From NCBI GenBank assembly GCA_964304625.1, contig OZ199839.1, forward strand, positions 8,216,560-8,280,559: DNA of 64,000 bases, written 5' to 3'. Under the pieces are notes generated by a model. It had not been told where the DNA came from and searched no databases. It worked only from the letters and a program-made list of their open reading frames with translations. The DNA is from Kudoa neothunni. Taxonomy: Eukaryota > Animalia > Cnidaria. Positions 1 to 12,595 of this stretch are shown here, piece by piece (the stretch's first letter is position 1; the number at the start of each line of letters is the position of its first letter). Both the position numbers and the translations under genes were made by a program.

Positions 1-443
1 AAAGATAATATTCCGTTTAATTGTTATTTTAAATTACTTTTTAATACGAGAAATTGTTGTGAAATTGATTATTCCTATGAACAATTAGTAGATGGCTTAG
101 CTGGTGGTCTTATATATAGAGTTTATTATTATTTGTGTTGAATATGTGTTGATAATCAACACAAAGTAGCTAATATACATTTACTTAATAAATAGACTGT
201 GTGTCATCATAAATGGAAGTGTTGGGATTTTGTTCGTATTGCTTATGCGTACGATAATATTCAGACATTAATCCTTATATATATTTATATATATATGAAT
301 TAATATTTCGCTATTTTTGTCTAACGAATATGGCGGCTAAGAACCAAAAATGAGTCATAATTGAAGTTGCGCATATTATCTATTTTATAGAATCTATATA
401 GGTTTATAGTGAATGATATTAGACTGATTAATGTGTAATTTAG

Positions 444-673
444 CTCTATAACAGGATTTCAAAGGATGACATTGTCTATGCCCTTCAAACGCTTGGACTT
501 CTCAAGTATTGGAAAGGCCAATATGTTATTTGCGCCACAATTAGAGTTATTCGAGAATACCTCAAGACTGGGAATTGCAAACCACCAAAAATGTTGCTGA
601 TCCGAAGTTTATCTGTTGGAAACCTCCCGCCAAACCCATCAAACATCCGTCTATTGTTAGTCGTTTGAAATGA
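444..673 (+). CDS. KAT8: Last exon of MYST-family histone acetyltransferase KAT8/MOF (upstream exons outside window or unrecognisable)
   Basis: Translates KDDIVYALQTLGLLKYWKGQYVICATIRVIREYLKTGNCKPPK then, after a 1-nt shift in an A-run near 586-591, VADPKFICWKPPAK...RLK*. Matches the MOF C-terminus (KYWKGQHVIC...KPP...D...W.PP). Confidence 0.8.
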
Positions 674-1879
674 TTAATTTTGAATGATTTCCAATTTCAC
701 GTGTTTTGTAAATAATTGAGTTGTGTTTCTTTCTTAATTACTGCGCGGAGTATGCAGCAGCATTATTTAAGATTGGTGTAGTTTAGTCGTAGAATAAATA
801 TTCTGTAACTATGTCAAAGATTTAATTTTCAATAGGGATAATATCTTTTTACTCATTGGATTTAAAAAAGTAAATAGACTTACTTATACACTCGTTAGAC
901 TCACTAGGCTCATTAGGATTGCTAGGAGGGGTTTGTTTAAAAAATAAAACTCCATCACACAAAATGGATGCATAGGCCACTGGTAAAAACCGGGCATCCG
1001 CAACGCTTAAAAATATAGAAACTAATAATGTGTAGCTACTTATAAATGCACGTTGTCTAACTCCTTGGCGATGTCGAATGAATTTGATGATTAATATAAT
1101 TCATTTGAGAATAGTAGTTAGCTCTGTGAAAAGAGGTAAATATATAATTAATCAACAAAAATCTAAAAGTAAACAAACTGTAAAAAAATATGTCATAAAG
1201 CAAAAATTTTGTTACTATTGCAAACTAATTTTGTTGTGGTTAGCTAGTATTCCTGTTTTAAATAAATAGGGAAATTGGTGAACTCGAGGTAAACAATAAT
1301 TTAGCTTACCATATGTTATAATTAAGTTTATAACAAAAATATGTTTTTATATATTTTTTATTTGTATCAGTGAATAGAATAACATTAGGTATTAGATAAA
1401 TTTATAATGTTTAAAAATATAGTAAAATTTTTATATGATTAAAAGGTTATACCTCTCTTACGCGTAGTACGAAAAGTTATAAAAAAAAATTATAAACTAA
1501 AGCTATTAATTAATATTAAAAAATGAACTTAAAATTATTTTTGATGACCCACCTGAGAAGTAATACTCAATAATATTAATAAGGGAAAGTACGATTTATA
1601 GTAACCCGTGATTTTATTACTTAAATACAAATTAAATTTAATGAAAAAGCATTATACGATTAATAATGTCTAAAAAATGTTTAAAACAAAAATAAATTGA
1701 GACAAAATATATATTTAAGGTTTGCACTTTGAAATAAACTTACATCATGAGTAAAAAATATAAGCATTTACGACTTATTAAAATACAATAAAATTGTTGA
1801 ATATTCTCATTTAAAAATGAGAATATTTGTATCGGAAAGTGAACAAAAGAAAATCGAATGTTTACATCAATGATTATAA

Positions 1880-2900
1880 ACCGCGTGCGCATACACGAGA
1901 TTGTCTGTAGTTGCGGCTCTTTATGAAGTTCAGCGATAAGACTTATAATTTACGAATAAATCTAGAATTGAGCTTCGTCATAATTGTTTTGCATGAAATT
2001 TTTTGTTTATTATCATTTATCAAAAGAATTAACATATTATAACTCTGGTACATTAAACTTTGAGAAGTGGATATTGTTGCGGATCGTAAACAATGTTAAA
2101 AATCAGGGCGCAATCTTTTTAATTAAGTTGCAATTTAACAATAATCTAAAAGACTCGTTATGAGTTACTAAGAGGTTTATATACATAGAATCGCTACGCG
2201 AAAACTCCTCGCAACAAATCAGTATAAACAATGAATAAATTAGATATTGATTATGTATACCAAAAGTCGTCTAATTCCCGAACAATTAATTTAACTGATG
2301 GCTTCCAAATAGTACATAAATATTTAGATTAATTCTCGTGTATGGCCATCAATTATTCAAGTTACATTATTTAATAATTTATCCTATTTTTACATTCAGA
2401 TCACATATAAAAAATTAATATTATGCTCAACAACACACTAATTACTACATAATTTTTCAACGAAAGTATTTAAATCTACATCAAGCACGTAATCTCGCTC
2501 CGACACGATTGCATATTGATGCGAAAAAAACTGTAGTCAAATTACTAGTTTTATTTATAATTAGCCATGTATATGACATGAGTATGAGCTGTTAGAATTT
2601 AGAATTGATAACGAAATATTTAACATCAGGTGGATTTAATGAAATGTATAATGAGACGGATGGGTTGTGTGGCATCAAAAACATTTAGAGAATCTGTTCT
2701 ATATTGATTCCCCAAAAGACTCAACAATTCTTGATTAATTGATAGTAGTGAATACCGCGCAATCTGTATTATTTAATTGGGTTCCCCATTGACACTTACA
2801 AATTAATCCTCGGTGCACAACCTTTACAAAAATTAATTATTTAATTATATGTTATTATACCAAATATTCAACTAACGTAAGTAATGCCAATAAAACAATT
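1880..2900 (-). mobile_element. Heavily degraded non-LTR retrotransposon relic (APE endonuclease / start of RT)
   Basis: Minus-strand remnants such as CKCQWGTQLNN and QPIRLIIHFIKST resemble endonuclease motifs (WG...N; PT...S.PD). Many stops and frameshifts. Confidence 0.3.
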
Positions 2901-3746
2901 TTTCAATTTAGCGAATAACATCCTTTTTTTGTATTATGATTATCAATAGTACAATTAGTTATTTTTTACACAATGACTCCTATTGAGTCATTAATTATCG
3001 AGAATTTTTATTCCCGAGTCTGCAACAAAAATATTATCATTCGACTTAAATTAAAACAAAGATTGATTCATCAATCTTTGTTAATATTTCAATACTATAC
3101 AATTAAGAAAAAATTAAAAATTTCTATACAAAATGCACGCATCAATAACTAGTTTTCTAAGGCAAAACTGGATTTAATTATTCATTATCACCAACAAACA
3201 GTATGAAAAAGAATACCACATTGAACATACTAGATGAAGATTAAGAAATGAAATAATTGTTAATTCTACCTTTTGATTTTAATAATAGTATAATAACATT
3301 TAGAATAAATTGAATAAAATACGACAACCAAATTATCGCATGTAAACAATTGGATGATTGGACAAGGAATAACGGAAATATTCCACCAAAACAAACAATC
3401 ATTAGAACCATAATCTACAACTTGATATGTTGTAGTATATTAAGTGGTAGCAGTTTTATCCCACAGAATGCGGTAATTCAATAGGAATAATGCGCGGTGA
3501 AATGTAATTATCATCAACAAGGGGATTATAAAATACTGAGGTAATTTAATATTAAACGATACGACCTACTGATACAATTTAGATGTGTATATATATGCCA
3601 TATTTCAATTTTATTTCATTAATAAAAATAAGTAATAATTAATCCTAACCAAAAAATGTCACCCACAAAAAACAATTTAATCCCTTGAGAAAACAACTAA
3701 AAAACAATTTATGCACAACAAAACGGCGCCTTAGAAATTAAAGTAA

Positions 3747-3781
3747 CGCGCCGAAAAATGTCACCAATATTAGTATATAAA
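3747..3781 (+). promoter_or_regulatory. Putative histone H1 promoter: E2F-like site, CCAAT box and TATA box
   Basis: CGCGCCGAAAAA at 3747-3758 (reverse complement TTTTTCGGCGCG, E2F-type), CCAAT at 3764-3768, TATATAAA at 3774-3781, tightly clustered in otherwise AT-rich DNA. Confidence 0.45.
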
Positions 3782-4408
3782 ATATGAAACTAAGCTAAGA
3801 ACAAAATTCGCACTTCACCTTACAATATCACCTATTTAAATCAGTGAATCAATGTAAAGTGATGTGCGTTGATAATCACCAACCACAATAAAACTATCAA
3901 GGGTGTTCATAGAGAGAAAATGGAACCAATTATCACGAATGAATTTTTAGAATTGTGCAATGCGCCGAAAACACACGGACAACTGCATTCAGTAATAAAT
4001 AAATTGATGAATTGAGGCTGAGGAATAAACTCATTTCGAGTGAACAGGTAGAATGATTGGGACAAATAGAGAAATTCCCAGAGGAAATTCATTGAACATC
4101 CTGTTGTGATGCAGTGTTGGATTAGTTGTCCCAAAAAAGGTATTAACCGATTATTGATATACCGCCGAAGATAATACCTGAATTGATCGTATAACTTACT
4201 ATGGAGTCGTTCACCTAGATAATAAGACAACAAAGAAACCCTATTCAAATTATAAACATTATTACCATACAAACCAGCCACAAAATTGAGTGTGTGTTTG
4301 TTGGTTTGTGGATATTTGCTCACGGCCTAATCTCTGGCGGCATACTAAGATAATCGTAACCAAAGCGCGGGCGGATTAATTAAAATCTGTTAGATAAAAA
4401 TTGGAACA

Positions 4409-5110
4409 ATGGTTGCATCATCAAAATCAAAAAATGTTTCCTCCGTTAAAAAACCACGCACAACCGACTCCAAATCATCTACACCTTCATATCACGTTAT
4501 GATTGTTGAGGCTGTGAAAGAGTTGCCCAAAACGAACAAAGGTTGTAGCAGACCCGCCATCGCATCCTACATTATGAAACACTTCAAGCCGACTGGAACA
4601 TCAGCTCGTGTTAATACACTTTTGAGCGCTTCGTTGAAGAAAATGATTCAGTCTAAAGAGTTGATGGTGGTGAGTGGTACTGGAGCTTCAGGAAGATTCA
4701 AGTTGAGTGTGCCGGCAAAATCTGCCTCACCCGCAAAAAAAGCTATGGTAAGTTGACGGAGTATTAATGTGGCTTATGTGTGTTTTTGGTAGAAAAAAAC
4801 TAGTGTCAAACGAGCATTGAAGCTTGGACCAAGTGGAAGTGGGTCAAGTTCGAAATCGACCACACCAAAAAAGACAGCAGCCAAAAAAGCAACGACCAAA
4901 AAGTCAGCTGCTGCTGCTGCTGCTGGAAAAAAGAGTGCCAAGACTTCAACAACTCAAGCTCCCAAAAAAACTGTTAAAAAACCGGCAGCTAGCGCCAAAA
5001 AAGCAACATCAGCCAAAAAAAAGGCACCCTCAACCAAAAAACCATCGGCTAAATCCGTTAAAAAGGCGCCTGCTAAAAAATCTACCAAAAAGGTTGCGGC
5101 CAAAAAATGA
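4409..5110 (+). CDS. H1: Linker histone H1, 2 exons (4409-4747, 4793-5110), about 218 aa
   Basis: Globular H15 domain (PSYHVMIVEAV...GCSRPAIASYI...GTGASGRFKL) and K/A/P-rich tail. A 45-nt GTAAGT...TAG intron at 4748-4792 joins the two ORFs in frame. Confidence 0.93.
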
Positions 5111-5369
5111 GATTAATGTATTTTGACTCCACCTTTGGTTCACTTGTTTGTTATAAATATGTTTCTTTTGATTGAATACGTTGTTTTTATTGCAACTATG
5201 TGTAATTTGTTGTCTGCAAGCGCTTTTCGCCTACTTTATTACTTCACTTTTAACGTTTAATGTAATGCGCCCAATAATATGCTTTATTGAAAGTTGATAA
5301 AAAATATAGCTTAAAAGAAATTTTTTAATTTAAACGACTAAAGTTGGAGTGAGTTTCAATGGGACATTA

Positions 5370-6639
5370 TTATGACTCCGATTGTTCCCCTTCGTATTCG
5401 CTTTCGTCGTTTGTAATTGATTGGAGAAATTTCTTTGTTATATCAAAGGCGAATTGAATTCTATCGTCTCCGTGCAAATGTTGGGCGGTATCTAGGAGAG
5501 ATAATTAGACGTCAAAATTACAGTATCAACCTCTATATCGATTAATATTTGAAAGTAACATTGCAAAATTGGCTCCATTGTTCGTATCTAAACAACGAAT
5601 ACAAAACGATTTGTTGGCATCGAGGTTTGATTGTTACCATTGGTTTTTAAATTGTCGTCGTTGGGTGTGGAAATCGATGACTATAATTTTAATTGCTTTA
5701 TTGTTAAAAAAAAGCTGAACAAATAATACATCATTATTTTTCTGAATATTTTCCATGGACACAATAGGCCAAGATGTGGTTGCTTGTAAACTCATTTTGG
5801 TTTCGTAGGAAACGGGGTACTTTAATGTGCGTTGAATGTGTTCTAGTTGTACGTTAACAATAACAAATCATTAAATTAATAGCTCCAGACACAAACAACA
5901 TCTCAATAGGATGGACTACCATGAGGTAAAAAATCATTTTCAATCTCTTCATGGATATTGGTGTAACTAATACTGTTGCTAATGCACCATTTAAGAAGTT
6001 CGGTGCTTTTATTCTCTTTAGAAATTAAATAACTTAAAGAACAAAAATTATCGTACATACTATTGATATCTATAAGTAGGCGAATTTCTGTATGACTTAA
6101 ACAGGAATTCAATACAAGTGATTGAATTGTTTCCAAAAAATCCATATTCTAACAATCCATATTAATCTATCGTTTAGTGAGAACAGATTTACTTGTTCAC
6201 TATCAATAAATATCAAAAATGCTACGGGATTATGAATTTTTGGAGTATTATTTGAGTTATTACAATTAAGAATGGTGGTGTCTAAAATAAATTATTTATT
6301 TTTAATTGAAAAATTTTATTTTATTTGTTGAGCATTTATCGACAAATAATTGAGTATAAGAATAGAAAAATCTCACCCTCATTTATATACTCTTCTATCT
6401 CCTTAAAACAATGTAAAAAAGTGAATTTGATGGTTGTTCGATAATATTTATTGTTGATGTGCCATAATTTTGTGTTTTGTTGCCATGGTTCATAATCAGA
6501 TTGATCCTCTCCCATAATATCTATTAAAATGAATTGTACTCGTTTATTCTAGGCTATTCAATAATATACCATTAATATAATCATTGGCAACTGTTCTATC
6601 ACCAAAATTTAAGATAACTAATTCACCCAGGCCATCCAT
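5370..6639 (-). CDS. AAGAB: Alpha- and gamma-adaptin-binding protein p34, multi-exon
   Basis: Spliced translation gives MDGLGELVILNFG...LWHINNKYYRTTI (the p34 WxIxNKYY motif), LLKWCISNSI, SLQATTSWPIVSM, NFAMLLSNINRYR/DTAQHLHGDDRIQFAFDITKKF and an acidic tail ending at stop 5370-5372. Confidence 0.85.
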
Positions 6640-6933
6640 GTTTATGTATACGTGCATGCGCGAATTCGAATAAGAAAATATTAATATTTTAATTATATGT
6701 ATAAAATTATCCTTTTTATGAAAATTGAGAGAATTTAAGATGGAGAACATATAAAATAAATATTCACTAAAGTGAGTTAGATAATAAAGTTGTAATGTTA
6801 TGTTAATTTTTATTGTGTAACAGTATAAATCTAACAAATGAAATAACATATGTGAGGAATGACTGACTAACTGATGATGTTATAAAACCTAATTCCTTAA
6901 TTTAGTTTGAGCATGCGCGAAGTAGGTATATAG

Positions 6934-7125
6934 CAGGGGTTCCCAACTAAAACTTGACTCGCACCCCTATTTTTGGACAAAACAAAATTCGTACCCTTTC
7001 CATACGATAAGGTGTAACTGACTTAAAATTTATCATAAATTATTTTCAATTTTGATCGGATCTCGCACCACCTGAGACCAAAGTTCACACCCCTTAAGGG
7101 GGGCTTCCCCAGTTGGGAACCCCTG
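6934..7125. mobile_element. hAT (Charlie-like) MITE, type A
   Basis: Perfect 15-bp TIR CAGGGGTTCCCAACT...AGTTGGGAACCCCTG, 8-bp TSD gtatatag/atatatag, and a second copy at about 48852-49028. Confidence 0.9.
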
Positions 7126-7148
7126 ATATATAGCGTTATCATCCTTTA

Positions 7149-7260
7149 TCTACTATCTACTATATAAAGTGATGGTGTCCGTGTGTGTGAACGCACATAT
7201 CTTCTCCTTATGGTACGATGAAATTTTGCCGGAAGCGAAAGTTTGAGGAGATATTTTGTG
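7149..7260 (+). mobile_element. Helitron-like 5' terminus
   Basis: A|TCTACTATCTACTATATAAAG followed by GTCCGTGTGTGTG. Similar termini occur at 47281, 29250 and 23718, and on the minus strand at about 9688, 12594 and 36334. Confidence 0.6.
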
Positions 7261-7269
7261 CGCACGAAA

Positions 7270-7855
7270 ATGAGTGAAAATAGTGACATGATCCTATACA
7301 AAGGTTATTTTTACGTGAAGGATTACCAAAAAAATCCATACAAATACTGGAGATGCCAAATAAGGAAGTGTAGAGGGAGATTGATTCCCTTACAGAAATT
7401 GGAATACATAATCATATAATTGATGATGAGGATATGAAAAAGAAAATGTTTGAACACAAAATAAGAAATATAGCATAAAATACGATGTATCAAACCAACA
7501 AAGTTTATTCCGTTGCTTCAACTGAAGAAAATATAAATAATATTCCTGTATGCTCTAAAAAGTCGATTTATAATAATATACAAAATATTCGTAAGCGACA
7601 AAATATTAAAACTACCCCAATTTCAGACTATTACATGAATTAAAAACAAAGAGAAATGAGTCCTTTTGTTTATATGATTCAGGATCAGAAGACAAGCACC
7701 GAATCATTATTTTTACGACAGAAAAAAATTCAATCCGTTTGAGGAATTCAGATTATTGATTTTGAATTGGCTGCGTATAATGCTCTCAGAAAATTTTGGT
7801 CGAATTCTGTCCATTTTTGTTTGTTCCACTTTGGACAATGTATATATCGTAAGGT
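7270..7855 (+). pseudogene. MULE/Mutator transposase fragment with FLYWCH zinc finger, internally deleted
   Basis: MILYKGYFYVKD...YWRCQIRKCRGRL (FLYWCH), FCLYDSGSEDKHRIIIFTT, and IIDFELAAYNALRKFW...FCLFHFGQCIYRK (MULE DFE...CxFH motif). Contains stops and frameshifts. Confidence 0.8.
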
Positions 7856-9069
7856 AAAAAAATTATAAATTTCATAGTTTACGGTTTGTTCCGTAGTTTT
7901 ATATGTTAATTAAGTACGTGTTTTTAAGTAAATAGCGCTAATGCCCTGTTTTTTCTGATACAGTGGTACAGTGTGATGGAACATTTTAACTGTTAATTTT
8001 ATGTTTGCAATGTGATGATTTAGATAAACGAAAATATTCGCACATTTTCCATTCAAATATAAATAGAGGTATGGAGAGAAATGTAATTAGGGATTAAAGT
8101 TCAGTTATTTATGAAACAAAATCGTTAAGTAACTTAAATAGGACTTTCAATTCTTTTCAATATTTTGCGATAAAAATTAATCCTTCTAGTTATAAAATTT
8201 ATTATTAGTCTGCAAACGATTAAAAAAATAAAATCAACCTAAGATGCCTCTGAAATATAAATATTAATTGTTACCCCTTTTTTCGCAATTTTATAATAAT
8301 GCCAATGATGTTTTAAAAAGCTGTGAGCGGTAACTTACGTAGTCATTATTGTAACAACATTTCCCGATTTATAAATAAATCCAACTTTGTTTTTTATCAA
8401 AAATACTTACTGGTTCAAAAATAGCCACATTTAATTAACAAAATACGATTAAGTCAAAAATGTAAAGGTGTTTTTGATTTGAAAAATTACAATAATGCTT
8501 AAACATCAACTGGTTTTCTTGAAGGAATGCACCCTTTTAATAATTAACGTACTGTATGATTGCACTATTCTTAGATTAACGATAACATTGTGAAAATATC
8601 TATTAGAACGAATAGACAAATAATTTCTTATTAACTTACATGGCTCATATTGAGAAGGGACTGTATTTTGTGCAAAAGTAATCGTGAACATAAATTCTTA
8701 AACTACGTATAGAATGTGGTGTGGCGTATTTTTATACAGCTTTTATACTATAATGAATCAATGCGAGCCTAAAGAAAACAGTATATTGATTTGAATATTA
8801 ATCTTAAGGTCTGGTGGTAAGGAATAATTAGGATACTAAGAACTTGAACATTATTTAAAAAATTGTCTCGTCGAATTTAGAAACTTATCGAATTAGTGAT
8901 GCCAGCTATTTTTCAAGAAAGTTTAGGAAAACCAAAAAATGAGTAAAAACTTATCGAAAAGACGAATATAGTTTCAATCTCAATCGATATTTTTGATAAA
9001 AAGAAATGTTCACATCTAAGTAATTCCAATTGAGCATAATTTTCATTTAAGTTATCACAAAAATTTTAA

Positions 9070-9688
9070 TATTTAAAAGCTCAACACACATCCTACATAG
9101 TTTTTAGAATGCGTATAGAGACCCATATTATTCCAACATGGCAACAACTCTAATCTCAAATTATGTGTTTTATTCAAAAAGATCATAATCTATTTTTCTT
9201 AACTATATCCATAACGCTTAAAAAGAGAAAAACACCTCCTAAATAACTTGTTTATGCTTCAAATTTTAAGGGAGATTCAACAACTCTTGTAAATGTGACG
9301 TTAATAGTTTTTATTTGTCTTAAAGTAACTCCTAACAGGCATATGTAAAATTTTTACAACATTCTACACCTTAATTAAGAGACTCTTTTTCTATATAATG
9401 AGTAAAAAGTTCATTTTAATTGGCTATCACTTCGTAGTAAACCAATATAAATATTATGCAGGTGCTTTTTAATCTGCTATTGGTGAAGACAACCAGAAAA
9501 TTCCTTACTTCTAACTGCAATATTGATTATATTTATTTCTAAGTAAATGAACGATTTTTATTATTTGTATCATCCATTCAAATGTATACTAAAAGCTGTA
9601 CTTAAAGTAAGTTTCTCCATGGCACATGCGTACTGTTGCAAACACACGCACACACTGACAGACATAAGAACTTTATTATGTATATAGA
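9070..9688 (-). mobile_element. Non-autonomous Helitron-like element, family shared with 23718-23990
   Basis: 9080-9220 is the diverged reverse complement of 23840-23980. Ends in the typical reversed 5' terminus (cacacactgacagaca...ttatgtatataga|t). Confidence 0.55.
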
Positions 9689-9828
9689 TATAACAAAACT
9701 CACATTATTACGTAGATTAAATTATTTTTATTATTTTAGTTTTTATTATAACTAATGAATAAGGTGAGAAATAACACCCAAAATAATTAATCCTTTAATC
9801 TTTGCGCATACACATTTGTTGTGCAAAT

Positions 9829-10273
9829 CAGGGCTGCCAGCGGGATTTTAGAAAAAACCCAAGGCCGAGAAAAACGCTAGCCTAAAGTATAACAAAAAAT
9901 ATAATCATTTCTATTAAAGTTTTTAATCATCTTCCGAGTCTTCAAATACGTCTACAGATATTAAATTTAAATTTATCATCGTATTATTGCAATTTATTGG
10001 CGCGAAACACTCATTCAAACTGAATATCTAGTATAGATCAATATGCTCACAATGAATTAATTAATAATTTCATAGGTTCGAGATATATTGTGCTGCTCTC
10101 GTTCAATATTGTAAATGTTTAAACCCCTGCACGATATAATCTGAATAGGATACGCTATTAAAAATATAAATATTAATGTCGCACATAATAAAATTTGTGT
10201 TATTATTCAATGTTTATAGGTTTTCAAAAAATCCCAAGATCTTGGGGGAAAAACCCAAGCAGTGGACGCCCTG
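9829..10273. mobile_element. hAT MITE, type B (445 bp)
   Basis: Imperfect TIR CAGGGCTGCCA...TGGACGCCCTG, perfect 8-bp TSD GTGCAAAT at 9821-9828 and 10274-10281, subterminal AAAAACCCAAG motifs. Partial inverted copy at 48690-48850. Confidence 0.9.
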
Positions 10274-10816
10274 GTGCAAATAGACACTTTCCAAAAGATG
10301 ACATGAGCCGATTCTTGGAATTTGTAAACTATAAATATAACATCAAAAGAGAATATTTCAATATAACCAAAAGGAATTTTAAATTCTTATGGGAAACGCT
10401 TAAAAAATTCTGCGATTTACACGAATAAGTTAGGCAGCGTTGTCCTCTGAATATTGTGGGAAGTTTTATGATAGTTGCCTATCATTATTCAACACAATAG
10501 AAAAAACGATCAAGAACCACATCAAATTAATAAAAAAAAAAAAATAAATAAATAAATAAAATATTTTAAGATAACTTAATTTTTCTCGATTTATTTGTAG
10601 TAAATCGCACCGTTGAATACTCCGAGGCTTTAGCCGAAGATGAGGATATTTCTGCAGGAAGAGGTGTATGACGTTTAACTTAAACACTTTACTCGTATCT
10701 AAATTACAAAAAATAGAAGTTATCGGGAATGTTTTTAATTCTGAAATAATTGTTGAGGGTGTTGGTAATAGTATTGTTCCACAAGGTGAGGAGATTATCG
10801 AGAATATTATTGTTAA

Positions 10817-11958
10817 CTAGCGCGAACTGCCCAGCGTTGCTTGGGGAAGATTTCGCCTAGAGGCATTTTTTAATAGCATTCAAAAAATATATTGAAATCT
10901 CGGATTAACTCATAGAAACAAAATAACTAAAAATTTTGAAGTAAATTACTATAACGATTTGGATTATTCAATTTAAATTATGATAATTTCTGTGAAGGAA
11001 AGTATCAATCCCTGCGTCCATTTAAAAATTTCGTAGCTCGGCACCAACGCTAAACAAGTTAAGGTCAGCGTTGTATTTTTTTCATTCCGAATTATTTAAA
11101 TCCCGTTAAAATGTTACCTAAAACGTTATTTTTTGGCCCGGCTCGGTAACTGCGTGCACCACTAACTTTTTAAGAGATAAAAAAATAGAAAAATTAAAAG
11201 GGATAGAAGAAAACTCATGAAAATTAATCGATATTGCTAAAATTAGCACCGTTTAGCTCTGCATAAACGTACATGCGCTTTTATCATAAACAGCGACAAA
11301 TCGCGTCGACTTCAACGTAAAAAATTTAAATAATTTGGTGAAATAAAAGTACAACCATCCGCATTGAATTTAATCACGTAAAGTAAAACTTAGCGGACGA
11401 TTTAATGAAACCTATGAACGCAGTATTTCCATTATACCGCTTCGATCAATGTAACTTTAACATTCTCCGCGAATTCGTTATTTATGAAACATATATAAAT
11501 TTTTTATCACATTGAAAACCATTAATAGAACTTACAAAATATACTTATCAAGTCATATACGTTAAAACTCCACAAATAAGGAGTGTGTTTAAACAGACAT
11601 ACAAATAGAAACGCCAACCTTATACATAAAGATAGATAGAAGCAGTTAATGAACATATGATGGAGCATATAAGGGAGATAGTTAACTTCATCCGACCATC
11701 ACCATGACACAAGCAAGCGCTAATCCTATAGTTGAACTCATGTAATTCGATAAATAAACTTTAAATCGACAAAATCACTATTTCATAAATACTTTTTGGA
11801 AACATTAGTAGTCCGAAAACAATTAAACGATTTTTTTGAATATTACAAATTTATAAAAATTTTATATATGACTCTCTATAAGGAAAAAATTATTCGCACA
11901 TGCGTACTTAGGGAATACACACACGCAAACATACCGACAGTCCTCTTTTATATATATA
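10817..11958 (-). mobile_element. Non-autonomous Helitron, family 1 copy 1
   Basis: On the + strand, A|CTAG is followed by the hairpin CCCAGCGTTGCTTGGG (Helitron 3' end on the minus strand). Collinear with 35197-36334 over about 1.1 kb and with 45897-46440. Ends in a reversed 5' terminus (cacacacg...ttttatatatata). Confidence 0.8.
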
Positions 11959-11959
11959 A

Positions 11960-12594
11960 CTAGCACAAAAAACCCCGCTTCGCTTGGGTCTCATTGCCCG
12001 ATCACGCTGACTTTGGCCTGGAATACGCCAAGGTCATTTTATGTTAAGAGTCAATTATAATTATTTTATCATTTTTTTGATGACAAATTCGAACGAAATT
12101 GACATTAATAACCCGATCATCTTCACTTTCTTCGTTATTAGACTTTATTTTCATTTAGGAATCATAAGTTCTTGCAACTCGTGTGACTTATTAATCTCCT
12201 ATTTAAACAACAAATCTTCGTTTACATCGAGTCCCGCCTACGCATCAACCAACCTTGTAGAACTTGTTAACTTAGTTTAAAATGTAAAAAAGAGTAAAGT
12301 TAAAGTTTCAGGTGTAATTAAATACTACCAATTAAAGTTATATACGCATATTATTGAACATTATAGCGAATCACATGATTAAGTAATCTTATTATTGTTA
12401 GCGCTAATCTGTTTACAAAAAGTTGACACTACCAATTCACCATTTTATAAGAAAGCAGACAACCCCGTTATTTTTTTACGGTTAATTTTGTATTTTTAAA
12501 GTTTATTAAGAAACTCAAATACCACAGAAAGTCTCTGTATGAGGTGAGGATTAGTGCACACACAGACAGACACCACTACTTTATGTATATAGGA
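11960..12594 (-). mobile_element. Non-autonomous Helitron abutting family 1 copy 1
   Basis: A|CTAG plus hairpin CCCGCTTCGCTTGGG at the left end; reversed 5' end cacacacagacagacac...tttatgtatatagga|t at the right end. Confidence 0.7.
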
Positions 12595-12595
12595 T

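Noticed and set aside
3907-4323. 138-aa minus-strand ORF upstream of H1
   Set aside because: GTG start, no recognisable motif, and it probably lies antisense within the H1 5'-UTR intron or promoter.
4824-5126. Overlapping 100-aa ORF in H1 exon 2
   Set aside because: Alternative-frame shadow of the K/A-rich tail.
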